Origin: Nitrosopumilaceae archaeon
Lineage (GTDB): Archaea; Thermoproteota; Nitrososphaeria; Nitrososphaerales; Nitrosopumilaceae
Reading direction: 5' to 3'
NCBI GenBank assembly: GCA_965214835.1
Contig: CBDCCK010000002.1
Span: 2,944,001 to 3,008,000 of the forward strand
DNA: 64,000 nucleotides
The notes beneath the pieces are model-generated. The model did no database searches. It saw only the letters and a program-made list of their open reading frames with translations, and had not been told where the DNA came from. Shown here one piece after another: positions 37,336-46,958 of this stretch. A program made the position numbers and the translations under genes. The first letter of the stretch is position 1. Every line of letters starts with the position of its first letter.

Positions 37336-37488
37336 ATGTACTCTGTGAACAAACCAGTTACAGTAACAATGTGGAAACATACCTGCGAAAGATGCAATCA
37401 CACGTGGACCACCCGGAATGAGTTGCCCGGAAACTGCAGGGGATGTAATTCCCCATACTGGAATAAAAAAAGGGTAAGACGCAGCTAA
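37336..37488 (+). CDS. Small zinc-ribbon protein (50 aa; CERC...CRGCNSPYWNK)
   Basis: Read by hand; two CxxC pairs; divergent from the IS6-like transposase. Confidence 0.7.
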   Translation: MYSVNKPVTVTMWKHTCERCNHTWTTRNELPGNCRGCNSPYWNKKRVRRS

Positions 37489-37551
37489 GTGAAATGTAAA
37501 CGAGGTTGTTGTGTTTGCCTTGTTATTGAGGCGTCGCGCCTCCTGCCCAGT

Positions 37552-38050
37552 AGACTTTATGCGTAATTGGCTCATTTGATCTAAAAATACGACACAACAG
37601 ATCATGATTTGTATACCTACAACCACAAAGATCAGTATGATTCTTTGACGGTATGAGTTCAAATGACAACCTTCTCCAATCACTACAAGAGCAAAACAAG
37701 GGGGCTAGTCAAGCAAAACAAACAGGTTTGCAAGCAAAACGAGCAGCTAGAGAGATGGCTTACCTTCGAGGACTCACTGTGGCAGTCCGAGGAAAACAAG
37801 ATGGAAAGAACCGTGCGCGGCGGCCGGGCGTTGCGGATGCACGCAATCGGGCTTGCAGACGGCATAATCGGCGACCCGGCGCGCCTTTGTAGCGTCACGG
37901 GATGCACAAAAGAGTCGTGTGAGATTGTGCTGGAGCGCTTTACGAAGGAAGTCATGGATGACGGGGGCAGGCCCATATTCTGGGAGGACGACATGAACCG
38001 CAGCGATGCGGGAAACCGGTGCAGGCTACACGTCAGGCACGCGCTGCTTG
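37552..38050 (+). mobile_element. Truncated copy of the IS5-family element at 62200-63652
   Basis: Left end AGACTTTATGCGTAATTGG; protein similar to the N-terminus of 62298-63449 up to RHALL. Confidence 0.88.
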
Positions 38051-38106
38051 TTGTATTGTACGAAAATTAGGTCGCACTAATTTGAGGAGGGTTGCAAAGG
38101 ATTACT

Positions 38107-38327
38107 GTACGAGGTGTAATAGGTTAGCCCCTGCCTAGGCGGCAATCAGGCGCGAATCTGCCTGCAGTTGTGATTTTCATGCCTGGCCAGCAGGGGGCGT
38201 GACTCCAACTCTAAGCAGGGGCTAACCTGTTACTACGAGGTCACCCACTCCCCGCCCCCCAGTCAGGCACGAATTGGCAAGTATAATTGTGATTTTCATG
38301 CCTGGCCAGCAGGGGGAAGCCTCATAC
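38107..38327. mobile_element. MITE family B with a MITE A copy (38116-38233) inserted in its terminal repeat
   Basis: 8-bp duplication TACGAGGT flanks MITE A; host ends GTACGAGG ... CCTCATAC. Confidence 0.85.
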
Positions 38328-38336
38328 GCTGAGAAG

Positions 38337-39041
38337 CTATGCCTCTTTTTCTGCCTTGGCTATGAAGACATAATTCATGATCAGTCCTGCAACGATGCCG
38401 CCTACAATCGGGGCTGCCCAGTACAGCCAATGGAACTCCCAGAATCCAGAGATCAGTGCGGGGCCGAATGTTCTTGCTGGGTTGACGGATGCGCCGGTAA
38501 GGGGTACTGCCACCAAGTGAATTAGGAACACCATCCCGCCTATTGTGAATCCGTGCCATCCAGGGGAGGCCTTTTTGTGAACCGCAGTCATAAAGATTAC
38601 CGTAACTAGGAAGAACGTCAGAATCGCCTCCACTGCAAACCCCGAGCCGACACTGTGGTTTAGCAGCTCGCTTGGGCCGCCCTGCGTTGCAAAGTTGACC
38701 CGGGCCCCAAGCTCAGGCAGGATTGCCTTGAGTGAGGCAGCCGCAGCTATCGCACCGATTAGCTGAAACACGACATACATTACGCCGTCGGCGACTCCGA
38801 TCTTTTTTGTAATCATCATGGGTATCGTGACTGCCGGGTTGATGTGGGCGCCAGACACGTGGCCAAACGCATAGATCATCAATGCGATTGCGCCTCCGTG
38901 TCCCAAGGAGATGAACAGGACCGATATGGTGGTCAGTTCCTCGCCAAAGGAGGCGATCGCCAGGATTACGGACAGGGGGCCGAAGAATACCAGACCGTAT
39001 GTAGATATTGCCTCTGCCAGCCACGCCCTCGGATTGACCAT
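38337..39041 (-). CDS. Aquaporin (MIP family)
   Basis: SGAHINPAVT and GASVNPARTFGP. Confidence 0.96.
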   Translation of the reverse strand: MVNPRAWLAEAISTYGLVFFGPLSVILAIASFGEELTTISVLFISLGHGGAIALMIYAFGHVSGAHINPAVTIPMMITKKIGVADGVMYVVFQLIGAIAAAASLKAILPELGARVNFATQGGPSELLNHSVGSGFAVEAILTFFLVTVIFMTAVHKKASPGWHGFTIGGMVFLIHLVAVPLTGASVNPARTFGPALISGFWEFHWLYWAAPIVGGIVAGLIMNYVFIAKAEKEA

Positions 39042-39144
39042 CAACGTTGAGCCTTGATCTGCTCCATTTAAAAGATTCGAATGAACCTGCCGTATGAAAC
39101 AGGACGGTAAAATAATTAATTACAGGCATAGGTTGCAGAGTCAT

Positions 39145-39600
39145 ATGATCAAGGAAGGCCAGAGGGTGCCAAAATTTGAGCTAAAGGACGCAGACGGCAG
39201 GACCGTAAGATCATCGGACTTTAAGGGCAAAAAGCACGTGCTTTACTTTTATCCAAAGGACTTTACGCCGGGATGCACCACAGAGGCCGACGAGTTCTCA
39301 ATGGACTATCCAAAGTTCAAAGAGGCCGGAATAGAGGTAATCGGGATCAGTCCGGACGACGTGGAGTCGCACAGGAGGTTCTGCGACAAGATGGGCATCA
39401 GGTTCCCGCTTTTGGCAGACACCCAGAAGGAGGCATCAAAGGCATTCGGGGTGTGGGGGCTCAAGAAATTCATGGGCCGAGAATACATGGGTGTCATGCG
39501 GAGTACGTTTTTGGTAGACGAGGGGGGAAGGATCTTCCGGGTGTTTCCCAAGGTAAGGCCCGCAGGCCACGCAAAGGAGGTGCTAGAGTCGTTTGCGTAG
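39145..39600 (+). CDS. bcp: Peroxiredoxin Bcp/PrxQ
   Basis: YFYPKDFTPGCTTEA motif; ATG at 39145. Confidence 0.94.
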   Translation: MIKEGQRVPKFELKDADGRTVRSSDFKGKKHVLYFYPKDFTPGCTTEADEFSMDYPKFKEAGIEVIGISPDDVESHRRFCDKMGIRFPLLADTQKEASKAFGVWGLKKFMGREYMGVMRSTFLVDEGGRIFRVFPKVRPAGHAKEVLESFA

Positions 39601-40683
39601 AGAATGGACAAAGGGGGTTTTCATGGAGGCGCAATTGCACGTGCCAGAATGCACCATTCTGGCTTGGCCATTTGTGAGAAGCACTGGCTGGCCCGATTAG
39701 CTCCTGTGCCTGCCTTTGTCTGACTCTGCCTGTTCGGCCAGCTTTACCAGATTGTTCTTGGTGCGCTCCCTTTGATTTTGGGATACTCGTCGTACGTCTT
39801 TCCGTTGATCCCCCGCCGGCGGGGTTTGGGCTCATACCGCCCCACTGCTTGAAGAGTGCCGGTGCCTTTTGTCTTCTGCACTGCATGAGGCCTGACGCCC
39901 ATTCGTGCCTTACATCCCTGAAACCCGCACCGCTCTTGCCCCCGATTACATCCCAGTCCATGCTTGTCAGATCAGCACCCTCCATGCTTCAGCAAAGTCG
40001 GAGCCTGCAAAGCGTGCATAGTACACACATCAAAAATTGCAGTAACAGCTCGGGCTCTGGAAGATGTTCCTGATTCCAGGCATGAATCTGTTTGATCGGG
40101 CTCTGGAAGCTGAATTTTGACACAATCTGCCATGTTTTCGGGGATCCGGATTGCAGCGGCACTGGACTGGAACCGAATCCGTGTATCGCACACCGTTTAC
40201 GGCCGTCATCATCATGTCATCGGGGTTGTCGCCTAATTCATCAGAATTCCTGAAAACCATACGATGCCATCCGGATCTAGGCGTGCAAGAGGGACGGAAG
40301 TTCAGAAAAACGTGCAGATTGAGCCAGATAGGTGAATTAGGCGACAACCCCTGCCGCACCAGTATAATTTGCGAAAGGCCGGGCGCAGATCCCAGGGGTG
40401 CTGGGTGTCACGCATGGGACTAGAAGGCTGTGACCGCATGGGGCATACAGGTAGGCAGCTGCCGGTGCAAGGGAGGCAAGGCCATGAGGTGGACTCTTCC
40501 GACGGGAGTCCGTGCAACAGGACAGTGCGGTTTTGTGCCCCAGGAGCTTTGCCCCGGATCGAGCCACGCAGAGTCATTTTATATACTGGTTTGGCGTACT
40601 GTGGTCACCGTATTTGAAACCTCCGAACCATCCGTGATGGGTAATCAGGGGCATGATTGTGGATACGGCCTCATCTTTGAATT

Positions 40684-40801
40684 GTAACAGGTTAGCCCCC
40701 GCCTAGGCAGCAATCAGGCGCGAATCTGCCTGCAGTTGTGATTTTCATGCCTGACCGGCAAGGGACGCAACTCCAACTCTAGGCAGGGGCTAACCTGTTA
40801 C
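40684..40801. mobile_element. MITE family A (118 bp)
   Basis: TIRs; 8-bp target duplication TTTGAATT. Confidence 0.93.
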
Positions 40802-41115
40802 TTTGAATTCTATCCATTCCCCCCTGATCCATTCTACGGAATCCAGACGGATTGCCCCGTCCGGCTCTGTTTGACCATGCACTAGGATCGGCTGGCATGC
40901 ATGTGCACTTGGCCGCATGATCATGGGCTGTCATCTGAGACAAATCCATGACGGCCGGCATCGCATTGAAGGCCGGCATCGCATTGAAGGCCGGCCTTTG
41001 ACTTGCCATGCGTCTGACCGGATTCACTGATCCTTCCACGCCGGTTTGGGCAGCAGGCAGCCTGTCTCATCTCGATAAGAAAAGAAAGAAAAAAGATGCC
41101 GGATTTGAAGTACGG

Positions 41116-42198
41116 CTAGAATCCCTTTGGCAGTGTTCCTCGTTGTTTGGGAGCATCCTCTTTTGGAGCTTCCTTTGGAGCTTCCTTTGGAGTCTCTTCA
41201 GCTGGTGCTGGAGGCGTAAAGCCTTTTGGCAGTGTTCCTCGTTGTTTGGGAGCCTCTTCAGCTGGTGCTGGAGGCGTAAAGCCTTTTGGCAGGGTACCGC
41301 GGGCCCGGGAGGCTGCGGCTTGTGCTTCTGCAGCTGCTGCTGCGGCAGCTGCTGCCTCTGCGTCTGCCTTTTGCTGTTCCAGTCTTTGAAGATAGTCCCT
41401 TTCATAGTCTTCAAGTTGTTCCTGTTTTGACTTGCCTTCTGAGCTGGCCTGGGCCGCCTGTACTTGCGGCGGCGGAGTCTCCTTTGGCTTTGGGGCCTCT
41501 GCCGGAGGCGGAGCCTGCTGGGCCTCGGTCCCGGACGGGACTCCGTCTACCTGCATATCATATCCGGTGAATGCCTTCTCCGGGGGGTGGTATGCCAGCC
41601 TTGCCCTCGTTGCAAAGTACTGGTTTGAGGGCTGCGTATAGCCGGTTACCTTGGCCTTTTGCTCGTGCCAGCTTGCCGTTGCGACCTTTCCTACCGGGGC
41701 GGTTCTCCTGACAAAGTAGCGGTTTGCCGCCGGGGTATAGCCGGTGACCTTGGCCCGATACTGATGAAAGTCAGTCATTGCCGCGTTTTGGTATGCATGC
41801 TCCAGTGCAGCATTGATTGCTGCAGGGGCGTTACCTCCGGCCGGCCCTGGTGGGGCCTGCTCTACCTTTGGAGGCTCCATTCCCTTGGGCAGGCTGCCCC
41901 GCTCCCTGGCAGGCTCTGCCGGTTTTGGGGCAGGCTTGGCCGGTTCGGCTGGTTTTGTCTCTGCCGGTTTTGGGGCAGGCTTGGCCGGTTCGGCTGGTTT
42001 TGTCTCTGCCGGTTTTGGGGCAGGCTTGGCCGGCCTTGTCTCGATTTGAGCAGTCAGATTGGATAGTTTCTTTTCTAGCTGGTCAATCTTATCCTGAAGA
42101 TCCTTCTTGGTCTGGTGTGTAGATGTCTTTTTCGTGGTTTTACGTGTAGATGTCTTTTTCGTGGTTTTACGTGTAGATGTCTTTTTCTTAGTAGCCAT
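41116..42198 (-). CDS. Low-complexity thaumarchaeal protein with KKTSTRKTT, PAKPAPKPAE and RGTLPKGF repeats
   Basis: Long ORF with internal 27-, 45- and 60-bp repeats; paralog of next gene. Confidence 0.85.
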   Translation of the reverse strand: MATKKKTSTRKTTKKTSTRKTTKKTSTHQTKKDLQDKIDQLEKKLSNLTAQIETRPAKPAPKPAETKPAEPAKPAPKPAETKPAEPAKPAPKPAEPARERGSLPKGMEPPKVEQAPPGPAGGNAPAAINAALEHAYQNAAMTDFHQYRAKVTGYTPAANRYFVRRTAPVGKVATASWHEQKAKVTGYTQPSNQYFATRARLAYHPPEKAFTGYDMQVDGVPSGTEAQQAPPPAEAPKPKETPPPQVQAAQASSEGKSKQEQLEDYERDYLQRLEQQKADAEAAAAAAAAAEAQAAASRARGTLPKGFTPPAPAEEAPKQRGTLPKGFTPPAPAEETPKEAPKEAPKEDAPKQRGTLPKGF

Positions 42199-42391
42199 GT
42201 GAATTTTATACACAACGCATGGTTTATTTACATTTTGATCACCAGTAGATCCCAGATCAACATATTTCTGGAAACAAAACCATTGTTTGCAAAAAATATA
42301 ACAATATGACTGGAAGTGTAAATTATTTGGACGGCCGGATCTGGCCTAGGATGCTGGAAAAAGAGAAAATAGGAAAAGATATCCCCCTAGG

Positions 42392-42988
42392 TTAGAAGCC
42401 TTTTGGCAGGGTACCGCGAGTCTTTTTTGGCTCAGGCGGTGTCGTCTGGGTCTGGGTTTGTGCCGATCCGGCGCCAAAGCTGATATCATATCCGGTGAAT
42501 GCCTTCTCCGGGGGGTGGTATGCCAGCCTTGCCCTCGTTGCAAAGTACTGGTTTGAGGGCTGCGTATAGCCGGTTACCTTGGCCTTTTGCTCGTGCCAGC
42601 TTGCCGTTGCGACCTTTCCTACCGGGGCGGTTCTCCTGACAAAGTAGCGGTTTGGTGCCGGGGCATAGCCGGTGACCTTGGTCCGATAATCATGGAAATC
42701 AGTCATGGCGGCGTTTGCATACGCATGCTCCAAGGATCCTGCCTCGGGCTCTGCAGGCGGGGCCTTCTCTGCTGCGGGCTGCTCAAAGCCCTTTGGCAGG
42801 CTGCCTCTTTCCTTCTTGGAAGCAGGTTCTGCCGGTTTTGTCTCAGCAGGTCTGGCCTGCTCGGCTGGCTTTGCCGGTTTTGGGGCAGGCTTGGTTTCCA
42901 GTTGAGCTGAAAGCTGCGATACCTTTGCTTCCAGTTTGGCAATTTTTGCCTCTAGCTCTTTTTTGGTTGTCCTCTTTGAGGTTGCCAT
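42392..42988 (-). CDS. Shorter paralog of 41116-42198
   Basis: Same AKVTGY..P.N.YF core and RGTLPKGF terminus. Confidence 0.85.
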   Translation of the reverse strand: MATSKRTTKKELEAKIAKLEAKVSQLSAQLETKPAPKPAKPAEQARPAETKPAEPASKKERGSLPKGFEQPAAEKAPPAEPEAGSLEHAYANAAMTDFHDYRTKVTGYAPAPNRYFVRRTAPVGKVATASWHEQKAKVTGYTQPSNQYFATRARLAYHPPEKAFTGYDISFGAGSAQTQTQTTPPEPKKTRGTLPKGF

Positions 42989-43119
42989 GATCATGTGGCG
43001 CCTTGGGGGGTTTATTTACATTTGGTTTGCCTTCGGGCAAGAGCCTGTACTGTGAATCAAAAATCCCCTAGGATCAAATTCATCTGACCGAAACACGTGT
43101 TGATCGCCTCATTTGAGAC

Positions 43120-43290
43120 AACACATAGCGGAGATAAAACCAGAGGACATCAGGCAGGCACACAAGAGTGAGTGGGATCCGCAGGTAAAGGCCAGGCTGG
43201 CCGCAGTAGGCATGGTCTGCATGCAAGGCTGCAAACTTGGGAAAACGGCAAGCTGCCTCGTGCAGCCAGTCATCTGAGCACGCCACTAGG
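43120..43290 (+). pseudogene. IS630-like transposase N-terminal remnant
   Basis: IRQAHKSEWDPQVKARLAAV resembles YKNETDSKAAARLMA of 8575-9111. Confidence 0.45.
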
Positions 43291-43486
43291 TGAAGCACTT
43301 GGGAGCCATCTTCCAATGCTGACAAATACTATGCAGAATACGAGGACGGGTAAGGGCTATTGCGCAGTACGGGTTAGGAAACACCACCTACATCCACAGG
43401 ATAGGATCATGCATCAACCTAGAAAAACCGAGAACAAACGCATGTTCTTTGACATGTTTACAAAAAATGGCAAGCCCGTATACAGT

Positions 43487-43566
43487 AGATTTTATGCGTA
43501 ATCGGTTCAGATCTAGGATCATTACGAACAAATTCATCTCGTTCAGGTAGATTACACATAAAGCCT
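43487..43566. mobile_element. MITE family C (80 bp) with ends of the IS5-family elements
   Basis: AGATTTTATGCGTAATC ... GATTACACATAAAGCCT; second copy at 57545. Confidence 0.85.
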
Positions 43567-43569
43567 ATT

Positions 43570-44720
43570 GTCATGACGTTCTGCGCCCCGGATCTCTCGC
43601 TGAGCAGCACCCTAGCAGTTATCCACTCGTTGAACAGTATCATCTAGTAGTAAAAGCACAGGCATCCTGGCGGCCAGGTCGACGGTCCGGGTCTTGGCCC
43701 TGCACTCCTCCATCCTAGCGTATCCTGTCTCGATTCCCCACCTTGACGAGTACGACTCGATCTTGATTCCGGGCCGGTTCGTTGCAAACCCGATGAACTT
43801 TTTCTCCGGCCTGTCCTCCTTTGATGCATCCATGGGCTTGCCGTCATCCTCGGACTTTTTCCTCTCCGTTATTACAATCGAATACGTGGCAGAAGCCGTG
43901 TTGTTCTCGATTATATTTCTGGATACCCCGGGCCTCTTATCGTCAGCAAACTCGTTGTGTTGCGACCACGTTACCCGTGTTCCTGCACGGCATCAGGAAC
44001 TTGACATTCCTTTTCTGCAGCATGGCAATCACCTCGACTGAGAAGAACTCGCGGCCAGGCAGCAGGAGGCGCACCTTGATGCCGGCCCGCTCAAGCCGGC
44101 CAAGGATCAAACCGGCAGATTCAGGCACGGAATCGAGCCTTTTTACGTACAGCGCGCCCAGTGTCAGGCCCAGCCCGTCGTCGACGCACTGTATGGTGAT
44201 GTACAGCTCGACGTATGTGGTTCCGTCCTTTTTCTTCTGGCGCGACAGGTTCTCGTCATGACTCCTGTCGTAGCGGGCAATCTTGTGCAGGTCTATTGCT
44301 ATTGTCAGCCCCCTCTTTGGAATCCTTTTGGCCATGCCCAGTGTCTTGATCTGCCGCCTCACCTGCGCCTCAAAAGCACCCCTGGACTGCATCGGGACTG
44401 GTCTCCTTGATCTTGTAGGCAAACCACCGGGACGACGGCCCGGCGCGGCCCGTGCGCAGTGCCGCGTTGATGCATCCGCCCACCGATGCGTCCATGAGGG
44501 CGCCGCGTATCATGCCGCGGTTCAGGTCGTCAATTCCGTATACGGCGTTGTGCTTTTCTGACATTCTGACGCAGGAGAACATGTTCCTTCCGCCATCTGC
44601 AACATGTTCATATATGCGCGGGTTGTTCTCAAGATCGCGGTACTGTCTGGATTTTTGTTTTATCACGAAAACCACGGGGCCGCACCCCAATTGATCTGTT
44701 TGCATCTGTCAGTGTTGTCA
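43570..44720 (-). pseudogene. ISH3-family (IS4-like) transposase pseudogene
   Basis: IAIDLHKIARY, REFFS, FATN, YSSRWGIETGY across several frames. Confidence 0.85.
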
Positions 44721-44850
44721 AGATGGTCTAAATTCCTTGGTTTTCTGCCTGACTGGGGTACTTTTCACTTAGCTGGGCACATACATACAGACATATGTTG
44801 TATTGCATTCTATACACTAACTTTTTATTTTTTTATTATGTGGAATTAAC

Positions 44851-45096
44851 ATGTCAATAAACTCTAAACCCCTATCAGAATGCAAGATAGGCGAGGACAT
44901 AACTCCTTATTCTAAACTTGTAGCAAAATTTGATCTTTATGTTGTAGAGTCTGATGGTCAGCTTAGCGGTAGAATGAATATTGATAGAAATAGTAAATAT
45001 CTAACTCATGATGAAATTATCGGTGTTTTAGAATACCAGTTAAAAATACAACGGAAAATAAAAGAAGGGTATGATGCTTATCATAAAAACAAGTGA
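44851..45096 (+). CDS. Hypothetical protein in AT-rich patch (81 aa)
   Basis: Clean ORF with much lower GC than surroundings. Confidence 0.6.
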   Translation: MSINSKPLSECKIGEDITPYSKLVAKFDLYVVESDGQLSGRMNIDRNSKYLTHDEIIGVLEYQLKIQRKIKEGYDAYHKNK

Positions 45097-45370
45097 TGTG
45101 AAGAGGTAATGGCATCAGAACGATTTTTGACTTAGTTTTTTCTCTTTTAATTTTTTATAGAGCCAACATGCTCCTACTATATTTGCAGGAGGCAAAATAA
45201 GGGGTATGTTGGTTAGTTTTGATTAACTGCAATTACTAATAACCAATTAATCAATAATTTTTATTGACAAAAAAGTAGTTAATTTTTTAGATTTTTTCCT
45301 GTTCTGTGTAATCTTGGTGATGTGGGATTTCACCGGGATCAGGAATGCCCGGCAATCTGGTCTTTCAGGC

Positions 45371-46032
45371 TGTTCTGTGTAATCTTAGGCACCTGAGACA
45401 TAGATCTTCTGATTGAAATGATGATGTTCTGGGCACAGTGCACTATGGTGTATCCGGGCCGACGGAGCGTGGGTCAAAATAAACGGCAGGCAGTGCTGCC
45501 TTTTTGCCTCGATGGACGACGATGCCCGGCACTGGCTGGCCTCGGATCTGGCAACAACCAAGTTCCAGCACAATGCCGATTCCCTCTTGGACATGACCAA
45601 GCAGGTAGGAAAGAATCCCGGGAACTTCATCACAGACGGGCTTCCAGCCCATGCCAAGTCCTCAAGGAAGGTATTCGGAAAGGGAACAAACCACGTGAAG
45701 CACATTCACCTAGCAGGCAAGCGTGACCGTGACAATAACAACAAGATGGAGAGGCTCAACGGCGAGATTAGAGACCGTGAGAAGGTGTTCAGGGGCCTCA
45801 AAAAGACAGACACTGCAATTCTTGACGGAATGAGGGCCTACTATAATTTCACAAAAAAGCACGGCGTACTGAACGGCCAGACACCGGCAGAATCGGCCAT
45901 GATAAGCGTGGACGGTACAAACAGGTGGAAGACCATAATCCAGAACGCCAGCTTGGGCAAGGATTCTGCCTAGGCACAAGCTTTCAATTCTGAGAAGATC
46001 CACATTTCAGGTGTCCAAGATTGCACAGAACC
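45371..46032 (+). mobile_element. Internally deleted IS6-family element with both terminal repeats
   Basis: GTTCTGTGTAATCTT ... AAGATTGCACAGAACC; DDE C-terminal ORF 45512-45973. Confidence 0.88.
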
Positions 46033-46076
46033 CAAAACAACCAAGTTTTATAAGCACATACAACAGTGGACTAGTA

Positions 46077-46466
46077 ATGGATGACTTTGAGAGGGACTAT
46101 CCCGGATTTGACTGGAGGAACACTCCCGCATACAAGCATCCGGGCGGAAAGGACTGTCCCTGTCCAAAGCACGAGTACATCAGGGAGCAGATCAACTTTA
46201 CAAGGACGGTAAACGAGTCGAGCCGGGGAGGGGGCGAGCCTGCCAAGGTAACCCTCAAGTTTTGTCCGGATCACTACAAGGTCTACATGGAGGAGGTAAT
46301 TCCCGCAATGCCGTTAAAGTACAAGATCCTTACAAAAATCGCGCTAAAGATCGGGGCCATACAGATCGAGCACCTCAACCATATGCAGTCAGACATGTGT
46401 TTTTACTGCAAGTTCGGCTCTGGCGGGCACGGCAAGAAGACCGAGATTCCGCCAATCAACCCCTAG
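46077..46466 (+). CDS. Conserved hypothetical Cys/His-containing protein
   Basis: CPCPKH, FCPDH, CFYC; ATG at 46077 downstream of TTTATAA. Confidence 0.8.
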   Translation: MDDFERDYPGFDWRNTPAYKHPGGKDCPCPKHEYIREQINFTRTVNESSRGGGEPAKVTLKFCPDHYKVYMEEVIPAMPLKYKILTKIALKIGAIQIEHLNHMQSDMCFYCKFGSGGHGKKTEIPPINP

Positions 46467-46693
46467 GCTGGACCGACCAATACCTTGGGCCTGTTGGGAG
46501 TATCATGATGGCACTTTTTTCCGCACAGCGGACATGTTTTCCGATCCAGGAGAATGCACTGGCAGATGTGGGACTTTAGATACGCCTCGGCCGATTTCGT
46601 ATGCTCGCCGGTGCCGTTGCAAAACGGACACTGCGTGCCCAGCAGCTCGATTGTACCAAGTCCTCTGCAGACCGAACATTTCTTCCCACCCAC
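46463..46693 (-). CDS. Small DnaJ-type zinc-finger protein
   Basis: CSVCRGLG and CPFCNGTG (CxxCxGxG) plus HICQC..CPLC. Confidence 0.8.
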   Translation of the reverse strand: MGGKKCSVCRGLGTIELLGTQCPFCNGTGEHTKSAEAYLKSHICQCILLDRKTCPLCGKKCHHDTPNRPKVLVGPA

Positions 46694-46712
46694 ACAAACA
46701 CCCGGTACCCGG

Positions 46713-46824
46713 GTGGTTAAAACCCCTGTGCTAGGGTTTTTTTGTAACTTCCTGAGCGCGAGCATAACCGTGACATTACTGCTGACCCGTGGTTAAAACC
46801 CCTGTGCTAGGGTTTTTTTGTAAC
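46713..46824. CRISPR. Single repeat-spacer-repeat unit (36/40/36 bp), CRISPR-like
   Basis: GTGGTTAAAACCCCTGTGCTAGGGTTTTTTTGTAAC at 46713-46748 and 46789-46824; internal AAAACCC/GGGTTTT palindrome. Confidence 0.6.
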
Positions 46825-46958
46825 AGTGCGGGCTCGAAGTCCAGACGTGAATTTTGCCTTACCGAAAACCCCGATCTAGTACGACCCGCGCCTAAAATCA
46901 GGAACGGCTGCGAGTCCGAGCTAGTCACATGCCCACATCCACGCCGTCACTGTACAAT

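Noticed and set aside
40049-40110. 14-bp direct repeat TCGGGCTCTGGAAG in degenerate sequence
   Set aside because: Too short, lacks the shared termini; lies in decayed DNA I could not assign
40950-40996. 18-bp tandem repeat giving AFNAMP repeats in ORF 40779-41039
   Set aside because: Simple slippage duplication; the ORF runs into a MITE and looks spurious
45299-45386. 17-bp direct repeat at 71-bp spacing as a third repeat-spacer-repeat unit
   Set aside because: It is the IS6-type terminal repeat occurring twice; length and termini do not fit the 36-bp pattern
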